DNA of 61,959 bases, the filler included, from Nemertoderma westbladi (taxonomy: Eukaryota > Animalia > Xenacoelomorpha): assembly GCA_032718475.1 (NCBI GenBank). It is 3 parts of 3 records of this genome, joined end to end, with 100 filler letters (N's around TTAATTAATTAA, not from the genome) between each part and the next. Parts side by side here need not be neighbours in the genome. Positions count along the whole stretch, not along the records: positions 1 to 21,865 come from JAUCBJ010002032.1; positions 21,966 to 47,627 come from JAUCBJ010003074.1; 1 more part is not named here. One strand, written 5' to 3'. Positions within the stretch are counted from its first letter, which is position 1, and the number at the start of each line of letters is the position of its first letter. The position numbers and the translations under genes were made by a program. Positions 12,340 through 25,238 of this stretch are shown piece after piece. Below the pieces are notes generated by a model, which was given only the letters and a program-made list of their open reading frames with translations, was not told the origin of the DNA and searched no databases.

Positions 12340-13869
12340 TTTAGTAGGACCCAGGCTGCTAGGCAGCTAGGTATAGGCTACTTACTGACTTATACAGACT
12401 GACGGAGGTGCTGAAGGTAGGCCTACTGAGGTAGGGTCACAGAAAACAGGAAAAACATCAGGACAGAGGGAGAGAGGACATGATCAGATGGTAGGCCCTA
12501 CTCAGCAACTCAGGCTGTCCAGAGGCTGTCCAGGTACGGGTAACTGCTACCGGTTGCCGGTCAGCCGGTAGTCTGGTATTGTCAGATTGTACCGGACACT
12601 AGGACACCAGGCCCAGGCTGCCAGGCCCTATTGAAAAGTTTTATTTTCTGCGCCGAACGCGGCGCCGGGTGCCTAAAATCCTGCGCCGGCTCTGAGCAAA
12701 ACCACGCCGGGTGCAAAAAATCCTGCGCCGGCTCTGAGCAAAACCACGCCGAGTGCAAAAAATCCTGCACCGGCTCTGTGCAAACCCACGCCCATGCCAG
12801 GTGCAAAAGTCCTGCGCCGGCTCTGTGCAATGCAAAATGCTGCGCCGGGTGCAGGGGTGAAAAATCTTCCACGGCTCTTCAAAGCTGCACCGGGCTGACT
12901 GGTATAAAACATAAAATCTGCCTGTTATACTGTACAGTACCTATCTGCCTATAGTTTATTCGGTTATCTATAATACTGCAGCTGCACTAATCCGAGTTGT
13001 TACTTAAACGAACGAAAGTTGTGGGTGGGTGAAATGAAAATAAGGATACAGAGACGGAAAACCTTAAAGACAAATGCAACAATTACAGTAGGTACGTTGT
13101 TTTATTCCAAAAGTGTAACATTCAGACATTACGAAACAACTACTTAAGAAACACTGCATGTAAATTTTTGTTGTCAAGTAAAGTGTACATTTTTTGAAAT
13201 TACTCAAATGTTACAATATGAATTATAGAAAGAATATTAAAGACTACTTCAGTAGGCCTAGTCCTTGTATTTATGTACTACGTTCTACTTTACTACATAC
13301 TACGTACGTACTGTCAACTGTGGTCCAGTATACGTCTATGCTACATACAGACATATACAGATATACGGTATGTCTGAATGAATAATGACTAGCTGTATGT
13401 TATGTTATGTTATTAATATCGCCAGAATAACAATAAAATATTAATTTTTGCACATGTACGTACGTACACGTATAGTAGATTAAAATAAAATGAACACATA
13501 TCTGCAAAGTACGCTAATAAGCGTATGTATATGTACTATTGTAATAAAAATACGGATAATGGTATTCAGGTAAAATTAGTAAAATAATTACAATTATAGT
13601 TTATTTACAGTACTCACAGTTGGTGCATATTAATTATTAAAACAAAAATGAAATTACAGTAAAATTAAATTAAAAAACGGCAAAGCATACTTACAGTAGG
13701 TTCAAGGGCTTCAATAACATACAGTACTAAAGGCAAACATATTAATAAGGGACAATTTTACAATACTCTATAGGATACAACACAACAATACGTAGTTATA
13801 CGTAACATAAATTTGGTACCGTAGGTAGTACCGTATGTCGCATAAGTAAAATATTACTGTTATTCCTGT

Positions 13870-15926
13870 AATATTCCTGTATACCCTCGAAACAGGAAAA
13901 GGGCCCCCTGGACTGACAACAAAATTCAGAAGTGCCGAAATGACCTTCATAAGGCGCAGAAAGAGTCCCGACTCAAACAGACTACAGCGGCCAAGAATGC
14001 AGTTAAAGCTGCATCTAGGTCCCTGAACAGGCAGTACTCTGTTAATCTACAGGAGCTAATAAACCAACAGGTTGATGCCATCAATGATGCTGACGACAGC
14101 AGGCAATCATCCCAGGCATGGAAATCGATCAATCTGCTTACTGGGCGGAAAAGCCAACCAACCACCAAGGTTAAGGCTGAATCACCAGCCGATCGCCTCA
14201 ATGGTTGGAAAGCCCACTTTGAAAAGCTCCTCAATAATGACAGGGTATTGCCTGATAACTTTATAGAAGTAAAAGTGTCTGAGTCTGTACTCCCAGATAT
14301 TCCCATTGGCGATATCTCCTTTGCAGAAGTGAAGGCTGCTGCAAAGAGCATTAAGACCAATCGTGCCAGTGGAGTAGATGGTGTTCCCCCTGAGGTCTTT
14401 AAAATACCTGAGTGTTTAAAGCTCATCTATCCCATCATAGTAGACATGTACCGTACAACAAGAGTCCCACAAGAAATGAAAACAAATAAGTTGGTGCCAG
14501 TTCCCAAGAAGGGCAACCTAACACTCTATGGTTCTTTTCGGGGAATCTCATTGATCTCGATTGCTGCAAAACTATACAATAGAATTCTATTAAATCGCAT
14601 CAGGGATCCCATTGAGAGACTGCTACGTGGAAATCAGAATGGGTTCCGTAAAGGTCGTGGGACCATGGAGCCCATTTTGGCACTTAGAAGGATAATTGAA
14701 GAGTTATCAAAAAAGAAAGACAGGCATCTAGCTGTTATCTTTGTTGACTTCTTCAAGGCCTTTGATTCAGTCTCTCGCTCACGTATGTTCAGCATACTTT
14801 CATTATATGGGATTCCTGATGAAATTATTGCAGCAATCAGATCAGTATACGATGGTTCGACAACATTTGTGTCTACTGTTGACGGTGACACAGAACCATT
14901 TGAAGTGTTATGGGGCGTCCTCCAAGGAGACACACTTGCACCATTCTTGTTCATTATTGTGGTTGACTATGTTCTACGCATGTCCTTAGATCATCATAAT
15001 GATGATGGGGTGATGGTAACTCCACCTACTGGCTCCAAAAGTCGAGGAAATCCTGCCAAGTACCTAACTGATCTAGACTTTGCTGATGACTTAGGAGTAC
15101 TCTCAGAATCATTAGAGGGAGCCCAGCGGCTCCTCAGCTCATTAGAACATGCTGCTTCTAGTGTTGGTCTTTTTATTAACTCCAGAAAGACCAAAATTCT
15201 GACAGTTAACTTTGAAATTTCTCAGCAAGTCTCTGATCGGATGAGCATAAGCTCAAAGGATGGTATGCTTGAGCATGTGGACGACTTCTGTTACCTGGGA
15301 TCATGGATCCGGAAGTCAGGTGAGGACCTTCGAATACGTAAGGGAAAGGCATGGGCAGCCTTGAATAGGCTTTCCAGGATTTGGAAGTCACCTAGAATTA
15401 ATCGGAAACTTAAGGTCCGATTATTTAGAGCAGCAGTAGTTCCAGTACTCCTCTACGGGAGTCCATGCTGGGCTCTAACTGCTGAGGACACCAAATCTCT
15501 GGATGGCACATTCACAAGAATGCTACGCCGGGTACATTGTGTCAAGTACAATGCACACATCTCCAACCAGACACTATATAACATTGGAGGTGTCTCATTG
15601 GTTCCCCCAAGCTTGACACTTGAACAAAATCGCCTCCGCTTTGCAGGACATTGCTTTCGCCGTGAGGACCAGCCAGTGCATAATCTTGTACTTTGGCAGC
15701 CTCATGGAGTGAATAAGCATGGTGGACAGCCCATGACTTTCTTGAGACGCATCTTAAAGGACACTGGCCTTAAAGATGCGGATGATCTAGCAAATGTCAT
15801 GGGTGATAGGGAGTTGTGGCGGCGCAATTTTGTTGACAAGCCGGCACAGCATTCTTAAAAATGCAGCTGCAATGCAGCATGCCGATCCTAGTAGACTGCT
15901 GAAGTAAAACGAGCAAAGTAAAGTAA
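13870..15926 (+). mobile_element. RTE-clade LINE, 5'-truncated, with an uninterrupted RT frame (open 13846-15858)
   Basis: Motifs PKKGNL..YGSFRGISL, QNGFRKGR, FVDFFKAFDSV, GVLQGDTLAPFLF, DFADD and FCYLGS. Short 3' UTR ending in an AAAGT-type repeat tail. No endonuclease domain. Confidence 0.93.
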
Positions 15927-16144
15927 CTACAAAAGATAGGAAAACAATTAAACATAAAAAAAAACTATTTTAAAATTTAACACAAAAAAATGTTTTTTTG
16001 GGATTGAAAAATGAAAACAATAGGTACTGTAGCTAGATTTTAATAAAGATATCGTTGTATCCGAAAGATATCGCTTTCGCTACTGCCACTTGGCGCACAG
16101 GAGTATCACTACTATATATGCATTTTAAGGGACATTTCGCAGTC

Positions 16145-16860
16145 TAGTCTATTTTTGAATATGCTCAATCATGGAGTACCAAGGGTATTACTTGCATTAA
16201 CAACACTTTCGGTCGCCGGTAATGGTAAAGGATTCCAAATGTTTACAACGCTGTCTGCAAAGTTGTTGCGTGTTAGCATTGGTGGAGTTAGGAACGAAAC
16301 TGGAAGAAATTACTTCGCTCAATTTTGTCAATCCCGTTGATAAACTTGTATGTTGTTATAAGGTCGGCTAGCAGCTAGTACACGGCGATATATTAATGTC
16401 GGTAGTTTGAGTGCACGTAGTCGGTTTTCACATGACAACTCAGCCAGCGATAGTACAACTGTACAAGGCGTGTGACCACACGGTGTTGTACTTGTTCAAG
16501 ACGTTCAATATTTATCATGTCGGAGGAATGGCGAACAAACAACTGTGTCGTATTCAAGGAGAGGCCGAACAAGGGATTTGTATAACAGGGTCATAGGGTA
16601 AACTTCGGAGCTTCCAAATATGTAAAAGTTCTTCGTATTAAATGTACGACTCGCATGGCGCGGGCTGGAGTCTTTGTGCAGTGAGCTGTGATGCTGTGAA
16701 GGACAAGTCTGGTGTAAATGTAATTCCAAAATCACGTTCCTCGGTTGCCGATAAAAGTGTCCATCCATTCATTGTGTAAAAAGTTGCTTGGGGATTTCTA
16801 GAACCTAGATGCATGCATGACCTTGCACTTGAAGTCATTGAACTGCAATTTCCAATGGTT
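16145..16860 (-). mobile_element. Degenerate LINE 3' fragment (CR1/Jockey group)
   Basis: Motifs MHLGSRNP, ERDFGI and LYKSLVRPLLEY..VVCSP in shifted frames. Confidence 0.8.
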
Positions 16861-16898
16861 ACACATGTGAGTCGGTAATAAATTGTTTCATTATCAAT

Positions 16899-17382
16899 AG
16901 TGCCATATAGTATAAGTCGTTTTGTTTTATTCACTGTTCAACTTCATTCTGTCTGCCTGTTTTATTATATGTGCAGTTTTATTTATACGCTTCTATGACA
17001 GCGGTGTCTCCATCCAAATAATATAATATAATATAAATATAGCTTATACAATACAGCAATATTACTGTATTATGTAAATAAATTAACTGACTGACCAATA
17101 GCAATAATGACTGATCAGCTGATAGCTGGAACTGTGATAGCCTACCTGCCTACTGCATAACAGCATAAGGTTAAATACGTAAATAAATGACCAGTTTGCA
17201 GTCAGCCAGTGCTGCAGTGTGAGTTTCTTTTCTGCCTCCTGCATTATTATTATTATTATTATTATATTATTTGGGTGGAGACACCGCTGTCATAGAAGCG
17301 TACAAATAAAACTGCACATAATAAAATAAAACAGGAGAAAGTTGAACAGAGAATAAAACAAAACGACTTATACTATGGCACC
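16899..17382. mobile_element. MITE with about 130-bp terminal inverted repeats
   Basis: GTGCCATA(TA)GTATAAGTCGTTTTGTTTTATTC...GACAGCGGTGTCTCCA at 16900-17030 is mirrored at 17250-17381. TSD not resolved. Confidence 0.8.
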
Positions 17383-19041
17383 ATATTAAAATAAGATTAA
17401 AAACGAAATTAAAATACGCTAAAATATTATTACATGTTAAAATAAAAGTGTAGGTCGCTAAAAAGAGTTGAACTCAGATAGAACTAATGATATGAAAAAT
17501 AGAAAATAATTAGAAATTGGCATAGTTACAAATTGCGGTCAAATTTAATCCAATTATTAAAATCGCACACATAAATATATTTACATTGTAAACATTGTTT
17601 ACCAGTTGTTTTATTATTGTGTTGCTGTGCTGTTGGTCTGATGAAGGCATGTCTGCTGTCTCAGTCTCACTGTCTGCCTGGTGCCAGGTTCGGCTGATTA
17701 CTGCGCCAGGCAAATATGTACGCCGGGTGTGCTGGGCTGATTCCTGCTCCGGCGCCAGGTCAATTTCTGCAGCGTCGACGCCGGGAATATTTCGACGCAT
17801 GCTGCGCCGAGCGCAGCATCTCTACCATTGCCAGTGCTCCGCCGGCTACGCCGGCGTAGCACATCTCTGCGCCGACCCTTCCGGCTCACTGCCCGGCGTA
17901 GCACATTTCTGCGCCAGCTCCCGGCGCAAGTTCTAGTGCTGCGCCGAACGTGCTCGGCGTACATGTAAAACATTTCAATAGGGCTGCCAGGTAGATTCAA
18001 CATATTATTAAGACTGTAAGATACCGGTAAGCTTTTAAAAAATGGAAAAGCTCAAACGTGTAAAAAATGAATGAAAAAGAAAAATTGCTCTTAAAACACA
18101 CCATAATACAAATTACAAAGACTGAAAGAGGAGTGTACCAAACAGCCGAACAGAACAGCAGAATATATTATCTAGGCCCTACTGATCTAATATCTAGTGT
18201 ATCTACTAATGTAATATATACCAGTATACTGTGATATACTGCTCTGCTCTGCTAGCCTATACCGGTATTTGTTTTTACCAGTAGTTTAAATTCCACCTCT
18301 TGTAAATCCAAATTTGAATATCGCGGCTTAAATAATCTGGGAATATTTATATAGCTAACAAAATGCGTCATTACAGATCAGCCAATTAGATTCACCAACC
18401 ATTCAATTCACTGGGCGTCATTCCAACCCAGTGAAGTTTCTGGGAATGACAAGAATTAATGGCTAGCTAGCTATCTGAGAATTAGAAGATTCTGGGAATG
18501 AAACAGTAATGATCTATTTTAAACCGCCAATCACCATCATGGAAATCGTTATAACATAACCTAATCTAATTCTAGGCTGCACTGCTGGGATAGGAGATTT
18601 GAATAGTTAGCATAGAGAGAAGGAAGAATGTTTGTTTACATAAATGGAAATCCTGGCATACTTGGTTTACTACAATTACATTTAATATCGCTATTGTCTA
18701 TTCGCTATTTCCTTCCAGGGCATAATAAATTTATGACATACCATAGCATTGTTTTACTATCTTGTAAATGTAGACGTGTATTTTATTGGACTAAATCGCC
18801 GTATTTAATGTTCTTATGACGTAGATCGCAATTCCATAGTATAGGTTATAGATGCCAAATGGTTTGACGTCAAATACCCACCGCAGACCATTGATAATAC
18901 CATACATGGATATGGTATGAATTTAGATAATAATTAGTATTGCTGATTAAACGTTACAGAACGAAATCAACATACTGTAAATACCTGGAATAAGTCGGAG
19001 AGTACAATTAGTACAACTTCCATTCGTTAGCATACTGGTTA

Positions 19042-19376
19042 GGGGCCGTCCAAGTATGACGTCTGCACTTTTCCCCAAAATGTTGACCCCCTCCCTCCCC
19101 TAAATCAGATGTCATCAGATAGGCGTTGACCCCCCCCCCCCCCCCCCCCTCCCCTGAATCAGATTAAAAAAATTGTCGCGTCCTAATCACTGAAACATGG
19201 TCACTGGTAACTGAAACAGAAGGTCGTGCTACGGGCCTTCGGGGCTTCGAACAATTAAAATAGGCAAGCTATTTACTCTTCTGCTATATCTCTTCTAGCA
19301 CCTATAAATGAAACATGCTGACGTCAGATTTTGGCTGACCCCCTCCACTCGTCAGCACGTCATCAGATTTTCCCAA

Positions 19377-19408
<32 letters not shown>

Positions 19409-19435
19409 GTGCTGACGTCATACTTGGACGTCCCC
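19042..19435. mobile_element. PIF/Harbinger (Tourist-like) MITE
   Basis: TIR GGGG(C/A)CGTCCAAGTATGACGTC(T/A)GCACTTT with 3-bp TSD TTA and internal poly-C tracts. Confidence 0.88.
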
Positions 19436-20152
19436 TTAGTGTATCTGGTTAGTGTATCTGTTCGTGTATCTGGATAGCGTATCTAGTTAGTGTATCTGGT
19501 TAGTGTATCTGGTAGCATATCTGGTTAGCGTATCTGGTTAGCGTATCTGGTTAGTGTATCTGGTTAGTGTATCTGGTTAGTCGGACAACGGACGAACGTA
19601 ACAACAACTTCATCACAGAATCTTTTCTGGACGGCCCCGGATTCCAGAATTCCCATTGGAAGATGGCAGGTCAGCGTAACAGGCACGTTATTACTCGTGC
19701 GACCGCCCATGGGTTCCACCACCTAATCTGCGTCAACCAAACGCCTTTCCACTCGCTATCCACCGAATGTATGTCAGTATTGTAACCTCCCATGTACACG
19801 ACGATATCATGCATTGAACTGCAGCGACTGCCCTCCCACTTTCCCGTCTCGCATCTCAATAACTAATAATTGTATTCAATTTATTTTCTATTTATTTATG
19901 TACATAAATTTTACTGGTTTCCATTTACCCCGCCTGGGGGTGTATCGATTAATATATGTATCTGGTTAGCGTATCTAGTGAGCGTTTCTGGTTAACGTCT
20001 CTGGTTAGTGTATCTGGTTAGCGTATCTAGTGAGCGTTTCTGGTTAGCGTATCTGGTTAGTGTATCTGGTTTGCGTATCTGGTTAACATATCTGGTTAGC
20101 GTATCTGGTTATTGTATCTGGTTAGTGTCTCTGGTTAGCGTACTGGTTAGTA
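19436..20152. repeat. 13-bp tandem repeat (GTATCTGGTTAGY) in two blocks, 19436-19580 and 19958-20152, separated by a unique insert
   Basis: Read directly. One more unit lies left of the Harbinger MITE (about 19026-19041), so the MITE inserted into the array. Confidence 0.9.
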
Positions 20153-20184
20153 CTCTTATTTTCTTATTTTCTCTCATAAAGATC

Positions 20185-21503
20185 CTATCCATATTTCCCA
20201 AAAGGTTAAGTGCAGTTCTAGAATCCTGTAATGAGTGGTTGGTTGATAATAAGCTATCCATTCACTACGGTAAACTGAAAGTATTTTGTTTGGTTCCAAA
20301 AGAAAGTTAAAGAAGGTAACTAAGTTTGAAGTCACTAGTAATGGACATAAGATTGAAAATAAAAAGGAAGTTAAATATTTAGGTGCCACATTGGATAACT
20401 GCTTATCAGGAGAAAGTACAGTGAAAAATATTTTCTCGAAAGTTAACAGTAGGCTTAGGTTTCTAACATAACAGAAATTAAAATAGTTTGAACACCGACT
20501 CCCGCAAGTTGCTTTGCTCTTCTTTAATACAGTGTCACATGGACTATGCGTGCTCTTCTTGGTATGACGGCTTAACCAAACAGCTTAAATGTAAATTACA
20601 AGTAGCTCAGAATAAAGTAGTACGATTTATTAAAGACTACACGAAGTGGGGCCTTCGCGCAGCACGTGACTTAAATTTAATTTAAGTACTAATTCCAAAG
20701 TATTACTGTATTAGCAAATTTTAAGCAGATTTCGCCTAATCACTTTTTACCTCTTTCATTTCTATTCAGACATTTCTGACTCTAGCGGTATAGTGAGAAC
20801 TGAAGATGGATTAGGGTCTCCAGCCCCACAAAGACACAGCCTATGGATGAATAGTACATACGTACATCGGCCAAGTTTCATCTTGAATAACGGATAACGA
20901 AATGAGAGACGGATCTCACTTTCAGAAATTTCGTCGTATAGCGGCAGACCGATTAAATCTCCCCCCCCCCCCCCCCCCACAAAGACGCAGCATGTGGTCC
21001 AGAATATATGGCAAGATTCAGCTTAAACTGATTAAAATCAATGAGACGGGAGAATCTATTCACTTTCAGGCATAAAGTAGTCCTATAGCGGGTGACTGTT
21101 GAACTGATTTTCAACAAAACAAATTTTCAACTTGGCAGCTTTAAATTCGACAAAGTTATAAGCATGTCAATATCATAACGACGTCAACGATTTCACTTTC
21201 AGACATTTGGCCCTCTAGCGGCAGACTGGAGAACTGCAGATGGATTCGCCTCCTTTGAAAGTCACAGCTAATGGTCTAATACATATCTGCCAAGTTTCAG
21301 CTTAAACGGATTAAAAGCAAAGAAATGGGAGGGCATTTAATGTTTAGACATGTGGCCCTCTAGCGGGAGACCATTGCACTGATGGTGTCTGAAAGTCTCT
21401 CAAAAATCTCAACTTTTGCTCATATTGATACCTACAAATTTTCAACTTGGCAGCTTTAAATCCGACAAAGTTATTAGCATGTCAAAATCGTAACGACGAC
21501 GAC

Positions 21504-21557
<54 letters not shown>

Positions 21558-21745
21558 AACTATTTGCATAAATTGACCCACCCCCTAACAGTGTCAATTC
21601 GCTAAGGCTCCGCCAACTTCGTGGCTCGCCCCACACCTAGGCACCACCTAACTCCAGATGACTTTTCTGAATCTGGACTACTTAACTTAGATAGTAGAGT
21701 TAAGCAGCTACGCCTTAACCATGTGCATAAAGTGTATAATGGTAC
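20185..21745 (+). mobile_element. CR1/L2-like LINE 3' fragment interrupted at 20640/21633
   Basis: Motifs WLVDNKLSIH, VKYLG and LIQCHMDYACSSW. The frame resumes cleanly (FIKDY|TPRHHL...RVKQLRLNHVHK) once 20641-21632 is removed. Confidence 0.85.
20641..21632 (+). mobile_element. Non-autonomous element resembling Helentron-associated (HINE/DINE-1-like) repeats
   Basis: No clear TSD. About 5 degenerate internal repeats of about 145 bp (TTTCAGACAT...CTCTAGCGG), an (ACG)n tract at 21493-21557, short inverted motifs GTGGGGC/GCCCCAC and a 3' hairpin GCCAACTTCGTGGC. Confidence 0.6.
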
Positions 21746-21865
21746 ACGAAGTGGGGCCTTCGCGCAGCACGTGACTTAAATTAATTTAAGTACTAATTCG
21801 AAAGTATTACTGTATTAGAAAATTTTAAGCAGATTTCGCCTAATCACTTTTTACCTCTTTCATTT
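21746..21865 (+). mobile_element. Second copy (5' end) of the same HINE-like element, cut by the contig end
   Basis: Matches 20641-20761 with at least two substitutions. Confidence 0.8.
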
Positions 21866-21965
21866 NNNNNNNNNNNNNNNNNNNNNNNNNNNNNNNNNNN
21901 NNNNNNNNNTTAATTAATTAANNNNNNNNNNNNNNNNNNNNNNNNNNNNNNNNNNNNNNNNNNNN
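21866..21965. other. Artificial contig spacer
   Basis: 44 N + TTAATTAATTAA (stops in all six frames) + 44 N. Confidence 0.97.
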
Positions 21966-23599
21966 GCCAGCCTCGTTGCCAATGCTGCATCCATCATGGC
22001 CACCACAACAGCTAGCTGCTCCATTCCCCCCCCCCCCCCCCCCCCCCCCCCACGGCAGCCTCTTTGACTGAGGGATTTTTAACCTCTATTTTTGTATTTC
22101 CATCTTCATCTTATTCATGGTGGTTAGTTAACCTTTACAGAATATGGATTTACTTTACCTTATATGGATTTATGTTAATTACTGCTTTTAGATTATTTTG
22201 AGCGCTGCATTCGGTGCAGCTTTAAGCCTACTACTTAGAAATATAATATAAATTTTGAGTCTTTAATTATAAATTAAATAATAAATAAGAATTGTTTAAT
22301 TAATAATTAAATATAATGGTAACCAAATGCTAGGATGTTGTAATGAATTCATTTTCATTTTGCAAAATGGAGACTCTACTGGTGATGGCCGGAGGGGATA
22401 AATTAATTGCTCTATGTTGTAAATTATTGTTAAATAAACGGGTGTTGAATGAGCCTCGAGTTTTAAAATCGTTTCCTTTATTTACTAATTACTTTGACTG
22501 TTTCAGTCCATTTAGTGAATGTCATTCGATAACAGGAACAGGTACCCGATTCCTAAAATATCCATAACTAAGTTCCGATTACAAGAGAAAAAGAATAATT
22601 ATTATTTGATGATTACTATTTTACCGTGGAAGTATCTAATTTCCACTGTCAACCTCGCTCGACCGAGTAGAAGTAGTCGATTTGGATTCATAAAAAATCT
22701 CATCCCGACGTATTGCTTGTAAGGCTTCTTCCCGTTTGATCTCTCAGTTGTACAAAAAACAAGCAAACAAATAGTTTATTTGTGTGTTAATATTTGTATC
22801 CCCATTTCTAGCCACACAATAAAAGCCCCAATATCTATGGCAATGTCCAATTAAACTTACCTAACTCTCTTACCAACCCGTTTCCAATTAGCAAAATTAT
22901 GTCTCAAAAGTGGATCGCAGTTCGATAAAGACTCTTCTGAGATGAATTCCTTCAGGGCGGACCTCCAGAAAATGCAACTGATATAATTTCTAGTATTCCT
23001 TCAGGGCGGACCTCCAGAAAATGCAACTGATATAATTTCTAGTAGATTCCAAATCTGGTTTTAATCTAATCTAAAATCTCATTCCCAATTCTGTCGGTGT
23101 TCCTCAATGTTATCTACTATAGCCAACTCTTTTTAAATATTCATTAATGACAAATCTTATTAGCAATCTTTTTGCAAAGGATACCACATTGCAAATTTCC
23201 CATTCCATTCCAACTACCTCAATCAATATTATTAATATTGAAGCTCTTCAATTGGCTAACCGATAACAAGTTTCATTGATAGATAACAATTCGAATAATG
23301 AGTTTGAATTTCCATCAACAACTACGCGCTATTTCGAATTTTGTGTTACTTGTATTGTAAATTAATAAAAAACAATAAACATTATGTTTGAAATTTTCTA
23401 ATCCAAATGTCTGGAATCAGACTCATGTCAGTCTAACTCTATGAGGAAGCGATCTCTCAATATCTATTAAAAGCTTTTACGTACCAAAATAAATAATATG
23501 TACCAAAATATGCTCATCCACTCACTCAAATATGCATAATCAGCACTGAATAGCATTGTAAATGGTACACCAGCTTATTGGCATAATTAATAAGGTAGT

Positions 23600-24990
23600 G
23601 GGCGGTATTCATAAATGTGACTAACTAGGAACTTAGTCCTAGTCACATCAAGATAGTAAGTGCTTGTACTTATTCGGTATTCAGAGAAATTGGTGCTACT
23701 TATTACTAACGTATTTAGTACTAGTTGTTGCTAAACTCGTATTCATAGAATTTTAGTCTTACTTAAGTTAGTATTAGCTGTAACTTAAATTTCTTGTCAC
23801 ATGAAGATGTGACTAAGTTGGTAAGAATGCTTACTTATTCTATGTTGGCCTTCATGCATACAGCATGGTTATTATGTTACTGACGACTCCGGCCACATTA
23901 TACTCTCTCTTGTTTTTCTGGCATTCTGTGTTCATTGCAAATGTGTTGTTGCAGAGAAACTGTCAAATGTAACGACATAAAGCTTGTTGTTTTTTAAACA
24001 TATATCCGACTTAAATTTCCAAATTTCAGCGTACATTCTTGAATGGTGAGATTGCTCCCGAACGGTCCGCGTCCGTTGAAAAATGTGTTTCGCTAAAGAA
24101 TTCTACCATTCGCAAACTTTCGCAAGATGAAAAAGCGGTAGCGTTCCCATTTCATTATTTTCCTCTCTATTACCGAATGTAAATAATGGTATTCGATAAT
24201 GGTAGCCAATTGATTTATCGCCTTACTAAAAATAATAATTTTTACTAAAATTTTAACAGGAAATCGCTAAAATATTCAGTTTCCACTAAAATCTATTAAT
24301 TAACATTAAATCTATTAATTAACATTAAATCTATTAATTAACATTAAATCTATTAATTAACATTAAATCTATTAATTAACATTAAATCTATTAATTAACA
24401 TTAAATCTATTAATTAACATTAAATCTATTAATTAACATTAAATCTATTAATTAACATTAAATCTATTAATTAACATTAAATCTATTAATTAACATTAAA
24501 TCTATTAATTAACATTAAATCTATTAATTAACATTAAATCTATTAATTAACATTAAATCTATTAATTATAAATTATTGCTAAAATGTCGGAACGGGCAGC
24601 TTACAGTGCCACGCTATTCTAACCTAAATAATGAAGGGATTTTAGTACAACAGGCCGTAACAGATTTATTTTTGATGATGAAAAAATATATTTTAGGGAT
24701 AATTAAATTGAGTGAAGGAAATATATATTTGATAACGAAAAAAATTTACTGGAAAACAGGAATTGTTTTAGTGACTAATAAAATTAATGGGTTTAATGTA
24801 GGCTACCAATACTAGTAAAACGGTAAACATAGAGACATGCAGTGCATAGCTGCCGTCCTTAAGTTGAAACTGAAAGCTTTTTGATAAACATAAGTTAAAG
24901 TACCGGCACTGCTACAAATAGGCTAGAACTAAGTTTAGTAACAGTTTATGAATACTGATATTTTTTAAGGGCTAGTTGAAACTAAGTTAA
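23600..24990 (-). mobile_element. Decayed PIF/Harbinger transposon relic
   Basis: Terminus GGGCGGTATTCATAAA with internal repeats of GTATTCA and an inverted TTTATGAATAC near 24945. Minus-strand peptide remnants WERYRF, DRSGAISP and IMWP resemble the Harbinger transposase N-terminus. Confidence 0.5.
24289..24568. repeat. Perfect 19-bp tandem repeat (AAATCTATTAATTAACATT), about 14.7 copies
   Basis: Read directly; the units look identical. Confidence 0.95.
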
Positions 24991-25217
24991 GACCAGCCAG
25001 TGCATAATCTTGTACTTTGGCAGCCTCATGGAGCGAATAAGCATGGTGGACAGCCCATGACTTTCTTGAGACGCATCTTAAAGGACACTGGCCTTAAAGA
25101 TGCGGATGATCTAGCAAATGTCATGGGTGATAGGGAGTTGTGGCGGTGCAATTTTGTTGACAAGCCGGCACAGCATTCTTAAAAATGCAGCTGCAATGCA
25201 GCATGCCGATCCTAGTA
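24991..25217 (+). mobile_element. 3' fragment of the same RTE family as 13870-15926
   Basis: Nearly identical to 15667-15894 (two substitutions noticed); lacks the tail. Confidence 0.92.
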
Positions 25218-25238
25218 GTAGCAGTAGAAAGCTTTTTG

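Larger units (their letters stand above)
12626..17983. mobile_element. 5.36-kb non-autonomous TIR element containing nested insertions
   Basis: 18-bp TIR CCCTATTGAAA(A/T)GTTTTA and 8-bp direct repeat CTGCCAGG at 12618-12625 and 17984-17991. GC-rich CTGCGCCG subterminal repeats at both ends (42-bp period at the left). No transposase seen. Confidence 0.7.

Noticed and set aside
12582-12954. Cys-rich, metallothionein-like ORF
   Set aside because: Translation of 42-bp subterminal repeats that are open in several frames.
21442-21636. Protamine-like poly-Arg ORF
   Set aside because: Reverse translation of an (ACG)n microsatellite.
21910-21921. TTAATTAATTAA islands within N runs (also 47672-47683)
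   Set aside because: Identical 44+12+44 layout, so a synthetic linker rather than biology.
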